From NCBI GenBank assembly GCA_023150835.1, contig JAKLKB010000035.1:1-64000 (forward strand): DNA of 64,000 nt. Reading direction: 5' to 3'. Below are positions 19,501-29,019 of this stretch, piece after piece. The stretch is from Myxococcota bacterium. Lineage in GTDB: Bacteria > Myxococcota_C > UBA6777. The notes under the pieces were generated by a model. It saw only the letters and a program-made list of their open reading frames with translations, did no database searches and had not been told where the DNA came from. Both the position numbers and the translations under genes were made by a program. The stretch's first letter is position 1, and each line of letters starts with the position of its first letter.

Positions 19501-20096
19501 AAAGTGTACATCCAAAGGTGCCGATGGTAAGGCATCTTGTAGCGAGCGCGCCACCATCGCGGATCGCCTGAGACAAACAGTAGGCGTTTTCCATCGGGAG
19601 AGATCGCGGCATCGACGGCGTTGACGGAAAGCAGGGGCTTGGGCGTGCCGCCTGCAAGGGGGACTTGGTGCAAGGAAAACTTGCTGTAATAGGCCCAGTC
19701 GCGTTGAGAGCGAAACAAGACGGAGCGCCCGTCGGCACTCCAACCGACGGGGAGATCATCGGCATCGTGGAAGGTGAGTTGGCGGGGTTCTCCGCCTGTT
19801 GAGGGGACAACAAAGACATCGTAAGAGCCGGAACGACGGGAGGCAAAAGCGATCCAGCGTTCATCGGGCGACCAGATCGGGTGGCGATCTTCGGCGGGGT
19901 GGGCGGTCAAGCGGCGGGCGGTTCCACCTTGCGAAGAAGCCACCCAGAGATCGCCACGCCAACCGAAGGCGATCTGTGTACCAGAAGGCGAGAGACTGGG
20001 GTGGTGTACGACACGGACGGGCGTTCCAGCCCATCCTTCCTGAAGGGACAGCATGAACACCAGCCATGCTGTACCGAACCATCGCCATGTTTGCAT
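16542..20096 (-). CDS. Tricorn-like S41 peptidase with PD40/beta-propeller repeats and PDZ domain
   Basis: WSPD repeats, DVRNNGGG, SISNAEIF, GGVIS, MENGPAVPD; signal peptide after Met 20096. Confidence 0.9.
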   Translation of the reverse strand: MQTWRWFGTAWLVFMLSLQEGWAGTPVRVVHHPSLSPSGTQIAFGWRGDLWVASSQGGTARRLTAHPAEDRHPIWSPDERWIAFASRRSGSYDVFVVPSTGGEPRQLTFHDADDLPVGWSADGRSVLFRSQRDWAYYSKFSLHQVPLAGGTPKPLLSVNAVDAAISPDGKRLLFVSGDPRWWRARYKMPYHRHLWMYTFSTKQFQRLTFGQTSDSPSWLDQHRIVFRKETRDIMDLWVMDLRTKQQTQWTRFTQTGLRSVHAAYNKQHVVLAYWDRLLRYDTAKKTLLPIHFLADGDHGHTQERRELLSGPLSEYAVSPNGKEIALVARGDIYIIQPEDPDKIARPLATSPAHEQHLAWSPDGRLLAFTSDRDGYKAIFVASTCKDQKGQPRLFFACHPAQIPFRRLNPLQTQVDEQSPRWSPTGQQIAFLRGQGDLVLRTLDGQESTLVKGWNLQEFLWSPDGKWLLFLRDDDESNTDVFLIKADGSRPALNLSRHPDIDLSPVWSDNGRVLAWLSRGIDDRFKIHYAFPNRNDHERDNPSLKRALKRWKKQHKKQLQAQTAYLKASTTFHAWHPKPSSHPSAQTKTATPTAKTNTSPSSAKTNTATPTIQTNTSPSSAKTNTSPSSAKTNTATPTAKTNTATPTIQTNTSPSSAKTNTATPTIQTNTATPTIQTKTARPPSRPIPPKEGRLPRIQLHFKRLPFRLRAVNDLPGPEGPDQILASPTGDTFYLAAKGRSKGIYTVDLFGKKLVQIHQGPAYAMAWGKDHTLYFLAPKGQLFALDRKKKKAQPVRFQIERRWNLAALHAQKLKEAWAWLDRWFYDPRFHGIDWRKTYERYKKLLPDAVTSEGIDDILLMMLGELAASHLGVLSPRSQAPQTPLADLGVSFDPNHQGQGLKIARIRPKGPATHHRQRLHKGDILLAIDGNPLHSSENVYRLLRWRANRPILLTLQGKDGKQRDVSFIGGTFHQAITQRYEAWVERNRRRVTRWSKGRFAYAHIRSMGLPSLDQFERDLFAHAYGKDALVLDVRNNGGGWTTDRILTMFRPKPHAITQWRGSGKGYPAFRRPFYYWSKPVILLCNERSISNAEIFSHAFKNLKLGTLVGMPTYGGVISTRRVRLSDGSLFGVPLRGWWALPTLQNMENGPAVPDVLVPLTPNDERHNRDPQLQRAVQILSTQTPASP
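18062..18345. repeat. 27-bp coding tandem repeats (TNTATPTIQ / TNTSPSSAK) in the tricorn linker
   Basis: About 10 interleaved units of 2-3 variants. Confidence 0.85.
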
Positions 20097-20500
20097 TGTT
20101 GACCTCACGAGGTTTGTGTGTGGTAGTGCGTCCCTTTTTGGGGCGCGCCATCCTACGCGATGATGTGGCTGTTCGCAATCATGGCGCAGCGTGTTGGAGG
20201 CCCGTGCAGCTTTTGGCGGGCATGGGGTGGCGGATGGAGGCGGGGGGAAAGAATCTTTTGGGTGGGCTTGCATCGAAGTCTTTGGTTCGTTAGGTTTGTG
20301 CGTTTCTTGGGTGAGCCTTTGTTTCTCCGTCTAGCCTTGTTGCCGATCGGGCCGCAGGGAGGGATGCTGCGTAAAGCGCGGCACGGTGGATCTCGAACGT
20401 CCCAAGCGCCTGTTTGTGCGGTAGGATGGGGAGATGAGAGACGTGTCGGGAGGGCGGGGGAGATGGTGTGGTGTGTCTTTGCGTGTAGGAGGTTTTGGGG

Positions 20501-21958
20501 ATGAACCCTTATGTACATTATTCTGCGATGGAACTGGCACGGATGATCCGTGTGGGCGAGGTGACGTCGCGTGATGTGGTGGAGGCGCATATCGCGCACA
20601 TCCAAAAGGTCAATCCGATCTTGAATGCGGTGGTGAAAGAGCGATTTGAGGCTGCGCGTAGCGAAGCAAAGGCAGCGGATCGACAGCGTCAAGAGAGCGA
20701 TCCTGCGGGCTTGCCGCCGTTGCATGGCGTTCCATGCACGATCAAAGAGAGCTTCCAGTTGCGTGGGATGCCGCAAACCAGCGGGCATCATACGCGGCGA
20801 GAATGTTATCCCGAAGAGGACGCGATCACGGTGAAGCGCTTGCGTCAAGCAGGGGCGATCCCGCTTGGTGTGACGAATGTTCCAGAGCTTTGTATGTGGA
20901 TGGAGACCCACAACCAGATCTACGGGCGAACGAACAATCCCTATGATCCGACGCGGATCGTGGGAGGGAGTTCGGGTGGCGAGGGGGCGATCGTGGGAGC
21001 GGGAGCTTCGCCTTTTGGTTTGGGATCGGATGTGGGCGGATCGATACGTGGGCCGGCCTTTTTCAACGGTGTGTGGGGCCACAAAGGAACGGGTGGTTTG
21101 GTGCCGTCCTCGGGCCAATATCCGAGAGCAGAGGGGCGTGCAGGGCGTTTTCTTTCGACGGGGCCGTTGTGTCGGCGAGCGGAAGATCTGATGCCCTTGT
21201 TGCGGATCATGGCGGGTCCAGACGGCGAAGACGAAAGCTGCGAGCCGATGGAGCTTGGCGATCCTGCGGCGGTGGATCTGCGCGGACTGCGGGTCTTGGA
21301 TGTGCGTGGCGATGGCTGGCTCAAGGTGCATCCTGATCTTTTGGAGGCACAGGCGCGGGTGGCGCGTCATCTTGGGGAGCGTGGAGCGACGGTGATCCCC
21401 GCTTCGTTTGAAAAGCTCCGTCAATCGGTGCAGATCTGGTCGTCGATGTTGGGCGGATTTCAAGAACCCGCTTTGTTTCGCAAGCTGATGGGATTTTCAC
21501 GCAAGCGCGATATCCTCCGAGAGTTGGCCATGTTGGGGATTCGGCGCTCTCCGCATACGCTGCCTGCGTTGTTGCTGAGTTTGTTGGACGAGTTGAGTCA
21601 CGCCTTTCCGAAGGCTACACAAAAAGCCATCCAAGCGGGCTTATCGCTTCGTGAAGAGTTGCTTTCGGCGATGCAACCGATGGGGGTGATGTTGTATCCA
21701 ACATACGTGCGCCCTGCACCCCGTCACCGCGTTCCGCTGACGTTGCCGATCCATTGGTCCTACACAGCGATCATCAACGTCCTTGAATTACCCGCCACAC
21801 AAGTTCCTTTGGGATTGAATCAAGCGGGCCTTCCTTTGGGGCTCCAAGTGGTCGGGATGCCGCGTCAAGATCACGTGACGATCGCCGTTGCGTTGGAGTT
21901 GGAGCGCGCCTTTGGCGGTTGGGTGTTTCCCGAATGGCAGCGTCGCCTGTTTGCCTGA
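20501..21958 (+). CDS. Amidase signature family protein (FAAH2-like)
   Basis: GVPCTIKE, GGSSGGEG, GSDVGGSIRGPA. Confidence 0.92.
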   Translation: MNPYVHYSAMELARMIRVGEVTSRDVVEAHIAHIQKVNPILNAVVKERFEAARSEAKAADRQRQESDPAGLPPLHGVPCTIKESFQLRGMPQTSGHHTRRECYPEEDAITVKRLRQAGAIPLGVTNVPELCMWMETHNQIYGRTNNPYDPTRIVGGSSGGEGAIVGAGASPFGLGSDVGGSIRGPAFFNGVWGHKGTGGLVPSSGQYPRAEGRAGRFLSTGPLCRRAEDLMPLLRIMAGPDGEDESCEPMELGDPAAVDLRGLRVLDVRGDGWLKVHPDLLEAQARVARHLGERGATVIPASFEKLRQSVQIWSSMLGGFQEPALFRKLMGFSRKRDILRELAMLGIRRSPHTLPALLLSLLDELSHAFPKATQKAIQAGLSLREELLSAMQPMGVMLYPTYVRPAPRHRVPLTLPIHWSYTAIINVLELPATQVPLGLNQAGLPLGLQVVGMPRQDHVTIAVALELERAFGGWVFPEWQRRLFA

Positions 21959-22043
21959 ACAAGCTGCGTACTGCGACAAGTCTCGGAGGAAAAGTGGATG
22001 TAAGGTTTAGAGGAAAAGTGGATTTTCGCGGCACGATGGTGTT

Positions 22044-22171
22044 GTGGGGTGCCACCCCACGCCCCGCCATAGGTCGCGGCCCCCTTGACCCCGTGTAGGC
22101 GAAGAGATCGATGGTTTTCCACCGGATGGCTCTGTCGCTCGCAACGGCTGCGAACACGGGTTTTTTTGTCC
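22044..22171 (+). repeat. ~125-bp structured dispersed element, copy A
   Basis: GTGGGGTGCCACCCCAC...CCCCTTGACCCCGTGT...GCGAACACGGGTTTTTTTGTCC; homologous to copies at 42188, 55127 and 57083. Confidence 0.8.
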
Positions 22172-22228
22172 ATACGTCACACCTAAAAGGTAGGATGTGC
22201 GCGGTAGAAGCAGGAAGAGAGAAAACCG

Positions 22229-24106
22229 ATGGCGAACGTTTCGTCGGCTCCACAGGAAAAGCCACCCTTGCCCCACGCAGCCGAAAAGGCCGATCCCAAG
22301 GGCCGTCCAGAACATTTAAAGGATACGCTGAAGCGACTTTTGAGTTTAGCGCGTCCCGAGAGCAAGACGTTGTTGATCGGGACGTTGTTTTTGCTGCTTG
22401 GGACGTTGATGGGTTTGGCTTATCCCCAAGCCATCCGCGTGATCATCGACACGGCATTGCATCCCGAAAAAGGGCAGGCTCGGATGATCGATCTGGCGGC
22501 GTTGGCGATGACAGCGATCTTTTTGGTGCAGGGGATCGCGGTAGCCTTTCGGTCGTACCTGTTTACGGTGGCGGGAGAGCGCATCGTCACGCGGCTTCGT
22601 CAGGATCTGTATCTGCGGATTATTCGACAAGAGATCGGGTTTTTTGATCAGCGCCGAACAGGGGAGTTGATCAACCGCCTCGCCTCGGATACGACGGTGC
22701 TCCAGAATACCGTGAGTGTGAATATCTCGATGGCGCTGCGTTTTTTGGCCTCTGCGCTGGGGGCTGTGGCGTTGTTGTTGTACACTTCGCCGATCTTGAC
22801 AGGGCTGATGCTGTTGGTGGTTCCGCCTGTGGCGTTGGGAGCGGTGTTTTTTGGTCGGACGATTCGAAAACTTTCGCGGGAGGCGCAAGATGCGCTTGCC
22901 AAAGCCAGCGAGGTCGCGGAAGAGACGATCGGTGGGATTCGGACAGTGCGGGTGTATTCGCACGAACCCCAAGAGTTCAAGCGCTATAGCGCGTCGGTGG
23001 AAGAATCGTTTTCGATTGCGCGCCAACGTGCGCGTGCGACGGCGATCTTTAGTGGTGCGGCCTCGTTTGCGGCGTACGGTGCGATCGCGGTGGTGCTTTG
23101 GTACGGTGGTCGCTTGGTGATCGCCAAGCAGATGGGTGTGGGAGATCTGACGTCGTTTGTGTTGTACACGTTGTTGTTGGCGGTGTCGTTGGGGGCGTTG
23201 GGGGGATTGTGGGCCGACTTTATGCGTGCGGCGGGGGCGGGGGATCGGGTCTTTGCGTTGATGGATCGGATCCCTGAGATCCCGATGGACGAAGGCAAGG
23301 TACTCGACGAAGTACGCGCAGAGATGCGTTTTTCGGAGGTGCGTTTTGCGTATCCATCGCGTCCGGATGTGGAGGTGTTGAAAGGGATCGACTTGACTTT
23401 GCCGCGAGGTCAGATTATCGCGCTTGTCGGCCCTTCGGGAGGAGGAAAGTCGACCGTCGCGAGCCTGATGACGCGATTGTATGATCCGCTCCAAGGTCGG
23501 GTGCTGTTGGATGGATGTGATCTGCGTGAACTAAACGCCTCGTGGTTGCGCTCGCAGATCGGGGTGGTGGAACAAGAGCCGATGTTGTTTTCTACCACGA
23601 TTGCCGACAACATCCGCTATGGCGATCCCGATGCCACCGACGAAGAGGTCGAAGCTGCGGCCAAAGCCGCCAACGCTCACGATTTTATTCTACGCTTTCC
23701 GGAAGGGTATCGAACAGAAGTCGGAGAGCGTGGCGTGCAGTTGTCGGGTGGACAAAAGCAGCGTGTGGCGATTGCACGGGCAGTACTGAAAGATCCGCGT
23801 TTGTTGATCCTTGACGAAGCCACCAGCGCCCTTGATACAGAGAGCGAAGCTCTTGTCAAAGAAGCCCTTGAGCGCTTGATGAAGGATCGCACGACGTTGG
23901 TGATCGCGCATCGGCTTTCAACGGTCAAAGATGCCCATCGCGTCGTCGTGATCGCAGATGGGCAGATCGTCCAACAAGGCACCCACCAAGAACTGCTCGA
24001 ACAAGAAGGCATCTATCTGCGTTTGGTGCAAAAACAATTTGCCGGTGAAGACCGTCCCCCCACGGCGCTCCGCAAAGCCTCTGCGGATGCCTCGGAGCAA
24101 ACCTGA
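22229..24106 (+). CDS. ABCB-type exporter (fused TMD-NBD, MsbA/ABCB10-like)
   Basis: GPSGGGKST, LSGGQKQRVAIARA, LDEATSALD, IAHRLSTV; six-TM N-terminal domain. Confidence 0.93.
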   Translation: MANVSSAPQEKPPLPHAAEKADPKGRPEHLKDTLKRLLSLARPESKTLLIGTLFLLLGTLMGLAYPQAIRVIIDTALHPEKGQARMIDLAALAMTAIFLVQGIAVAFRSYLFTVAGERIVTRLRQDLYLRIIRQEIGFFDQRRTGELINRLASDTTVLQNTVSVNISMALRFLASALGAVALLLYTSPILTGLMLLVVPPVALGAVFFGRTIRKLSREAQDALAKASEVAEETIGGIRTVRVYSHEPQEFKRYSASVEESFSIARQRARATAIFSGAASFAAYGAIAVVLWYGGRLVIAKQMGVGDLTSFVLYTLLLAVSLGALGGLWADFMRAAGAGDRVFALMDRIPEIPMDEGKVLDEVRAEMRFSEVRFAYPSRPDVEVLKGIDLTLPRGQIIALVGPSGGGKSTVASLMTRLYDPLQGRVLLDGCDLRELNASWLRSQIGVVEQEPMLFSTTIADNIRYGDPDATDEEVEAAAKAANAHDFILRFPEGYRTEVGERGVQLSGGQKQRVAIARAVLKDPRLLILDEATSALDTESEALVKEALERLMKDRTTLVIAHRLSTVKDAHRVVVIADGQIVQQGTHQELLEQEGIYLRLVQKQFAGEDRPPTALRKASADASEQT

Positions 24107-24180
24107 TCTGACGGCCCATCGCCTTTTTAATCACTCGCTCGTTCTCCCAAGACGGCTCTTTCTCCGAAGGAATCTGTGTT

Positions 24181-26241
24181 ATGAAGCAAGCTAAACAAGA
24201 ACACGTCCGAAACATCGGGATCATCGCGCATGTCGACGCTGGAAAAACCACGACAACCGAGCGATTTTTGTATTACACAGGAAAGACCCATCGCCTCGGT
24301 ACGGTGGACGAGGGCAACACCACAACGGACTGGATGGATCAAGAGCAAGAACGCGGTATTACGATTACTGCAGCCGTCGCGGACTGCCCTTGGCGTTATG
24401 GCGACACCGAGTACGATATCCATCTGATCGATACACCGGGGCACGTGGACTTTACCATCGAAGTCGAACGGTCGTTGCGGGTCTTGGACGGGGCGATAGT
24501 GGTGCTCGATGCGGTCGAAGGTGTGGAACCTCAGACCGAAACGGTATGGCGTCAAGCAGAACGTTACAAAGTCCCGCGTCTGGTGTTTATTAACAAGATG
24601 GATCGGATGGGTGCGGACTTTGAGGCTGCGGTGGCGACCGTTGGAAAGCAGTTGGAGGCGCGTGCTGTACCGATCCAGATCCCGTGGGGATGTGAAAACG
24701 AATTTGTCGGATGTATCGACTTGATCCGCCAGATCGGACTGTATTGGACAGGCGAAGAGCTTGGGGCCAAGTTCGAGGAACGCCCCATCCCTGCCGAGCT
24801 ACAAGGTGCAGCCGTCGCAGGTCGAGAGGCTCTTTTGGGCGCACTCTCCGACAACGACGACGAGTTGGCCGAGCTTTATTTGATGGAAGCGCCGATCTCC
24901 AACGAGCAGATCTACGCGGCTCTTCGCAAGCAGACCATCGCCAATGTGATCAAGCCCGTCCTTTGTGGGAGTTCCTTGCGCAACAAAGGCGTACAGCCGC
25001 TTTTGGATGCGGTGGCTTTGTACTTGCCATCGCCGTTGGACATCCCACCCGTCGAAGGGATCAACCCCAACACAGGCGAGACCGAGCAGCGGATCAGCCG
25101 TGTCAAAGAACCGACCTGTGCGATCGTTTTTAAGGTGATGATGGATGAAGGCCGTCGCCTGACGTATTTTCGCGTCTATTCGGGGGCGATTAAAGAAGGT
25201 GACAACATCTGGAACGCAACACGTGGCGACTTTGATCGTGCAGCGCGGCTGTACATGATGCTCGGTGGAAAAAAGATCGCGGTGGACGCGATCAAATCGG
25301 GGTTTATCGGTGCTGCGCGTGGGATGCGCATCAGCATGACGGGAGATACGCTTTGCGACAAAGAGCGTCCGATCTTGCTCGAACAGATATCGAGCATGGA
25401 ACCCGTGATCAAGATCGCCCTTGAGACCGAGTCGAGCAAAGATCGCGATCAATTGGTCGACTCTTTGAAAAAGCTTGCCGAAGAAGATCCCACATTCCGT
25501 TTTGAAGAAGACAGCGGCACAGGCCAGATGTTGATCGCGGGGATGGGCGAGCTTCATCTTGATGTCTTGACCACCCGTCTGAAACGCGAGTTCAAGCTCG
25601 AAGGGCTGCGTGTGGGCCACCCGCAAGTCGTCTGCCGTGAAACGGTCACCCGCGAAGTGATCGTCGCAGAGATCTTTCAGCGTGTTCTTGAGGATGTGAA
25701 GCTGTTTGCGGGGGTTCGCTTGCGCATTCGTCCGATGCCAAGGGGCGAAGGCAATCAATACGTCTACGGTCTGCCTGCCGAACGTGAGATATCCCAAACT
25801 TGGAAGGATGCTCTTGCGGAGGGCGTGAACTATGCTCTCGAAGGCGGTGGGCCAAACGGATATCCGTTGGTGGATACGCAAGTGACGTTGTTGGATATCA
25901 CGGCCTCGGAAAACCCCGCAGAATCGACCCCGAGTGCTTGGAAAGCTGCTATCGCACAAGCCATGCAAGAAGCGATGAAGCTCGCTGCACCGATGACGCT
26001 TGAACCCCTGATGATGGCCGAGATCGTGATCCCCAACGAAACGACAGGCGATATCATCGGCGATATCAACGCCAAACGCGCCATGATCCAAGCCATCGAT
26101 CAACGCGGTGACAAGTCCGTGATCCGCGCCCGTGTCGCCTTGCGTGATATGTTCGGATACAGCACAGCTTTACGCTCCATGACCCAAGGCCGAGGCATCT
26201 TTACGATGCAGTTTGATTCTTTTGGCAACTCGAACGAATAA
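24181..26241 (+). CDS. fusA: Elongation factor G paralogue (orphan, divergent domain IV)
   Basis: AHVDAGKTT, RGITI, DTPGHVDF, NKMD, GMGELHL, LRSMTQG; no rpsL/rpsG/tuf neighbours. Confidence 0.9.
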   Translation: MKQAKQEHVRNIGIIAHVDAGKTTTTERFLYYTGKTHRLGTVDEGNTTTDWMDQEQERGITITAAVADCPWRYGDTEYDIHLIDTPGHVDFTIEVERSLRVLDGAIVVLDAVEGVEPQTETVWRQAERYKVPRLVFINKMDRMGADFEAAVATVGKQLEARAVPIQIPWGCENEFVGCIDLIRQIGLYWTGEELGAKFEERPIPAELQGAAVAGREALLGALSDNDDELAELYLMEAPISNEQIYAALRKQTIANVIKPVLCGSSLRNKGVQPLLDAVALYLPSPLDIPPVEGINPNTGETEQRISRVKEPTCAIVFKVMMDEGRRLTYFRVYSGAIKEGDNIWNATRGDFDRAARLYMMLGGKKIAVDAIKSGFIGAARGMRISMTGDTLCDKERPILLEQISSMEPVIKIALETESSKDRDQLVDSLKKLAEEDPTFRFEEDSGTGQMLIAGMGELHLDVLTTRLKREFKLEGLRVGHPQVVCRETVTREVIVAEIFQRVLEDVKLFAGVRLRIRPMPRGEGNQYVYGLPAEREISQTWKDALAEGVNYALEGGGPNGYPLVDTQVTLLDITASENPAESTPSAWKAAIAQAMQEAMKLAAPMTLEPLMMAEIVIPNETTGDIIGDINAKRAMIQAIDQRGDKSVIRARVALRDMFGYSTALRSMTQGRGIFTMQFDSFGNSNE

Positions 26242-26247
26242 TACGAA

Positions 26248-26300
26248 ATCCGCCCGTTGTGTGATCGTCAAGAGGTAGGGGCAGCCCCCTGTGGCTGCCC
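26248..26300 (+). repeat. Extended GTAG REP copy
   Basis: ATCCGCCCGTTGTGTGATCG-N7-GTAGGGGCAGCCCCCTGTGGCTGCCC directly after the fusA stop. Confidence 0.85.
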
Positions 26301-26400
26301 AAGAACAGGGCGTCTGTGTACTCTCCTTTGCGTACACATCACTTGGGTATCGTACAAAGGCAGTCGGATCGACCACCATCTATCGCAACAGGGTGCCACC

Positions 26401-27006
26401 ATGAGCAAAGATGACGCAAAACTCGAAGCATGGGAGATATTGGAAGAAACAGAACGCCAAGACCACAAGATCTTTCAGATCTACAAGCGCAAGGCCGCTC
26501 ACCCTGATCTCCCCCAGCCGCATGACTTTGTGATCGTCGCTTGCCCCGATTGGGTGAATCTGATCGCTCTCACTCCCACGCAAGAGGCCATCTTGGTTCG
26601 CCAATATCGTCACGGAACTGCCAAGATCTCTCTTGAGATCCCGGGTGGGATGGTCGATCCCGGCGAGGAGCCCTTCGCAACGGCTGTGCGTGAGATGCGC
26701 GAAGAAACAGGATACACCTGCAAACAATGGTATCTGCTCGGTGTGGTTGAACCCAACCCTGCTTTCCAAACCAACCGATGTTGGACTTTTCTGGGCCTTG
26801 ATGCTTGTTTGACGCATCCGCAAGCCCTCGATGGTAGCGAGATGATCGACGTTGAAGTCGCGCCCTTGACGACCCTTCCCCTGCGGATCGCCTCAGGCGA
26901 GATCACGCATTCTCTGGTGATCGCGGCCTTTTTTCACTACATCGAACGTTTCGGGGGATGGTTCCCCCCTTCGCCCCAAGCGCTTGCCGCTCTTTCTGCA
27001 CTCTGA
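26401..27006 (+). CDS. NUDIX hydrolase (ADP-ribose pyrophosphatase-like)
   Basis: Nudix box GMVDPGEEPFATAVREMREETGY; QYRHG. Confidence 0.9.
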   Translation: MSKDDAKLEAWEILEETERQDHKIFQIYKRKAAHPDLPQPHDFVIVACPDWVNLIALTPTQEAILVRQYRHGTAKISLEIPGGMVDPGEEPFATAVREMREETGYTCKQWYLLGVVEPNPAFQTNRCWTFLGLDACLTHPQALDGSEMIDVEVAPLTTLPLRIASGEITHSLVIAAFFHYIERFGGWFPPSPQALAALSAL

Positions 27007-27009
27007 GCA

Positions 27010-27192
27010 GAAGCGATCAAGGCGAGTTATCGAGGTGATCGGTGAGGGCAAGGGAGCGGCGTTTGTCAGCGTGACGGAGGCCATCGAAGCGATCAAGGCG
27101 AGTTATCGAGGTGATCGGTGAGGGGGCTGTGGTGGGTGAAGAGGGATGGTGAAGAGGGATGGTGAAGAGGGATGGTGAAGAGGGGTGGTGAA
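27010..27192. repeat. 39-bp direct repeat x2 and 13-bp tandem repeat (GGTGAAGAGGGAT, ~4 copies) between convergent genes
   Basis: GAAGCGATCAAGGCGAGTTATCGAGGTGATCGGTGAGGG at ~27010 and ~27086. Confidence 0.85.
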
Positions 27193-27201
27193 GAAAGCGG
27201 A

Positions 27202-29019
27202 CTATTCTTCGGAAGAAGGGCTGTGTTTGTGGGAGAGGACATCGATGGCGAGGGGCATTTGGTCCCAACCGTTGGGTTTGTGTCGGTGGACTTGGCTGAT
27301 CGCGTGGCGGAAGACAAAGAGTTCGATCTCTTCGTCGCAAGGGGTATCTTCGCAGTGGAGGAGCAGGCCGATCTGATAAGGATCGGACCAAGAGATGGTG
27401 CCACTGATCCAAGAGCCATCGGCAAGGCAGAGATAGACCGAGCCTTGGTCGGCTCGATCCCACGTTTGGTCTTCAAAGGTGGGCCGTTCGTTGGGATCGA
27501 AGGAAGGCAACTGGCGTGTTGCGTAGAGTTCTTCGTCGATGCGAGCGTTAGAGAGGACGGTATCGCGCCACGGTAGGGGGGCGAGGGCTTGCATCTCCAA
27601 CTTGTGAACGCGGCGCTTTTTGCGAGATTTTCCGCGCACAATGCAATGGAAGACGTGGACTTCCATCATGCGGCCTTGGATGCGTGGGTCATTGACGCCC
27701 CAGATCCAAACGAGGTCTTTCGATTGCGTCCAGCTATCGAGGATCTGCGAACCCGGGTAATCGCGGGTGACATCCATGCGGCCTTCGAGGTAGGCTTTGC
27801 GCTTTCTGGATTGCTCGCGGCGTTTGCCTTGTTGGGCTTCGCGCAACTGCTTGAGCGTCCAGCTTTCTTGGTTGAGGCGGTCGGCGGTATTGATATCGAT
27901 ATGCGGATAACGCTCTTGAAGCTTGAGCCACACTTGATAGCGTTGGCGGCGGTTTTCGTAGGCTTCGGCGCTTTCGTTGGGGCGAGGACGAGGGGGTTTG
28001 GGCGCATCTTCGGGCGATTTGGCTTTTTTGGCTTTTTTGCTTTTGCTGCCATCTTCATCATCGCGCTCGCGTTCGCGTTCGCGTTCCCGCTTGCCCCAAC
28101 GCTCCTCTTGGCGGGGCCGCTCGGGTTCGCTAAAAGCCCGTTTTTTGGGGGGCGGCGGCGTGCGTTTGCCGACGCGGTAATTGCGATTGCCGTCGACGTC
28201 GTCTTCGTCTTGGACTTGTTCTGGCTCGTTGGGTTTGAACAAGTTATCGAGGACAGACAAGATCTTTTCGGAGCGACTGAGCGGAACGCCTGCTGAACCC
28301 GGTGCTTTGGGTCCCCAATCAGGGCCGCCAGAGGGGCGACTTGCGCCGTAAGCACCGCGAGATCCGTAGTTTCCATCGGAGCGAAGATCATCTAGCGGGA
28401 CGCGTGCGCCTTGGCGTTCGGTGCGCTCCGCACGCTCGACTATCCGCATAGGTCGATCATTGCGGTCGCCGCGATCGCTTGCACTGCTTCGGTCGTTGCG
28501 ATCGCCGCGATCGTTTGCGCTGCTGCGATCGTTTGCGCTGCTGCGATCGTTTGCGCTGCTGCGATCGTTTGCGCTGCTGCGATCGTTTGCGCTGCTGCGA
28601 TCATTGCGGTCGAAGCGGTCATTGCGGTCGAAGCGGTCATTGCGGTCATTGCGGTCGAAGCGGTCATTGCGGTCGAAGCGATCATTGCGGTCGAAGCGAT
28701 CATTGCGGTCATTGCGGTCGCTTGGACTGCTGCGATCGCTTGGACTGCTGCGATCATTACGGTCGAAGCGTTCGCTGCGTTCGCTGCGTTCGCTGCGTTC
28801 GACGCGAGGAGCGGCAGCTTTGCGGATGACTTTTCCCGAAGTTGCGAAGGTGTAGGGCAGACTGCCCATGACACGCAACTGTTCTTCTGCGACTTGGCGT
28901 TGTTGTGGTGTTGGATTCATGCGCAGTACGTCGCGGTACGCCTCGACGGCGTTGTCCCGATCTCCCTGAGCCAACAATTCATTGGCACGCAACAGACGTT
29001 CGTATGCAGCCTGTGACAC
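27202..29019 (-). CDS. 605-aa protein: N-terminal TPR-like motif, R/D/S-rich repeats, two C-terminal Hfq/Sm-like domains
   Basis: GTG start with GGAG upstream; DRNDRF and DRSSAN repeats; VYLCLADGSWISGTISWSDPYQI...VFRHAISQV resembles Hfq Sm1/Sm2. The ORF is well supported; the domain call is moderate. Confidence 0.65.
   Translation of the reverse strand: MSQAAYERLLRANELLAQGDRDNAVEAYRDVLRMNPTPQQRQVAEEQLRVMGSLPYTFATSGKVIRKAAAPRVERSERSERSERFDRNDRSSPSDRSSPSDRNDRNDRFDRNDRFDRNDRFDRNDRNDRFDRNDRFDRNDRSSANDRSSANDRSSANDRSSANDRSSANDRGDRNDRSSASDRGDRNDRPMRIVERAERTERQGARVPLDDLRSDGNYGSRGAYGASRPSGGPDWGPKAPGSAGVPLSRSEKILSVLDNLFKPNEPEQVQDEDDVDGNRNYRVGKRTPPPPKKRAFSEPERPRQEERWGKRERERERERDDEDGSKSKKAKKAKSPEDAPKPPRPRPNESAEAYENRRQRYQVWLKLQERYPHIDINTADRLNQESWTLKQLREAQQGKRREQSRKRKAYLEGRMDVTRDYPGSQILDSWTQSKDLVWIWGVNDPRIQGRMMEVHVFHCIVRGKSRKKRRVHKLEMQALAPLPWRDTVLSNARIDEELYATRQLPSFDPNERPTFEDQTWDRADQGSVYLCLADGSWISGTISWSDPYQIGLLLHCEDTPCDEEIELFVFRHAISQVHRHKPNGWDQMPLAIDVLSHKHSPSSEE

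Noticed and set aside
26257-26400. Shared N-terminal 'domain' MCDRxxVGAAPCGCP on the NUDIX and dtd ORFs
   Set aside because: It is the translated REP element upstream of the real starts (26401 and 55066).
28479-28829. Cys/His-rich ORF (CCDRLR, HCGRS) as a metallothionein or precursor
   Set aside because: Antisense translation of the DRSSAN/DRNDRF repeats.
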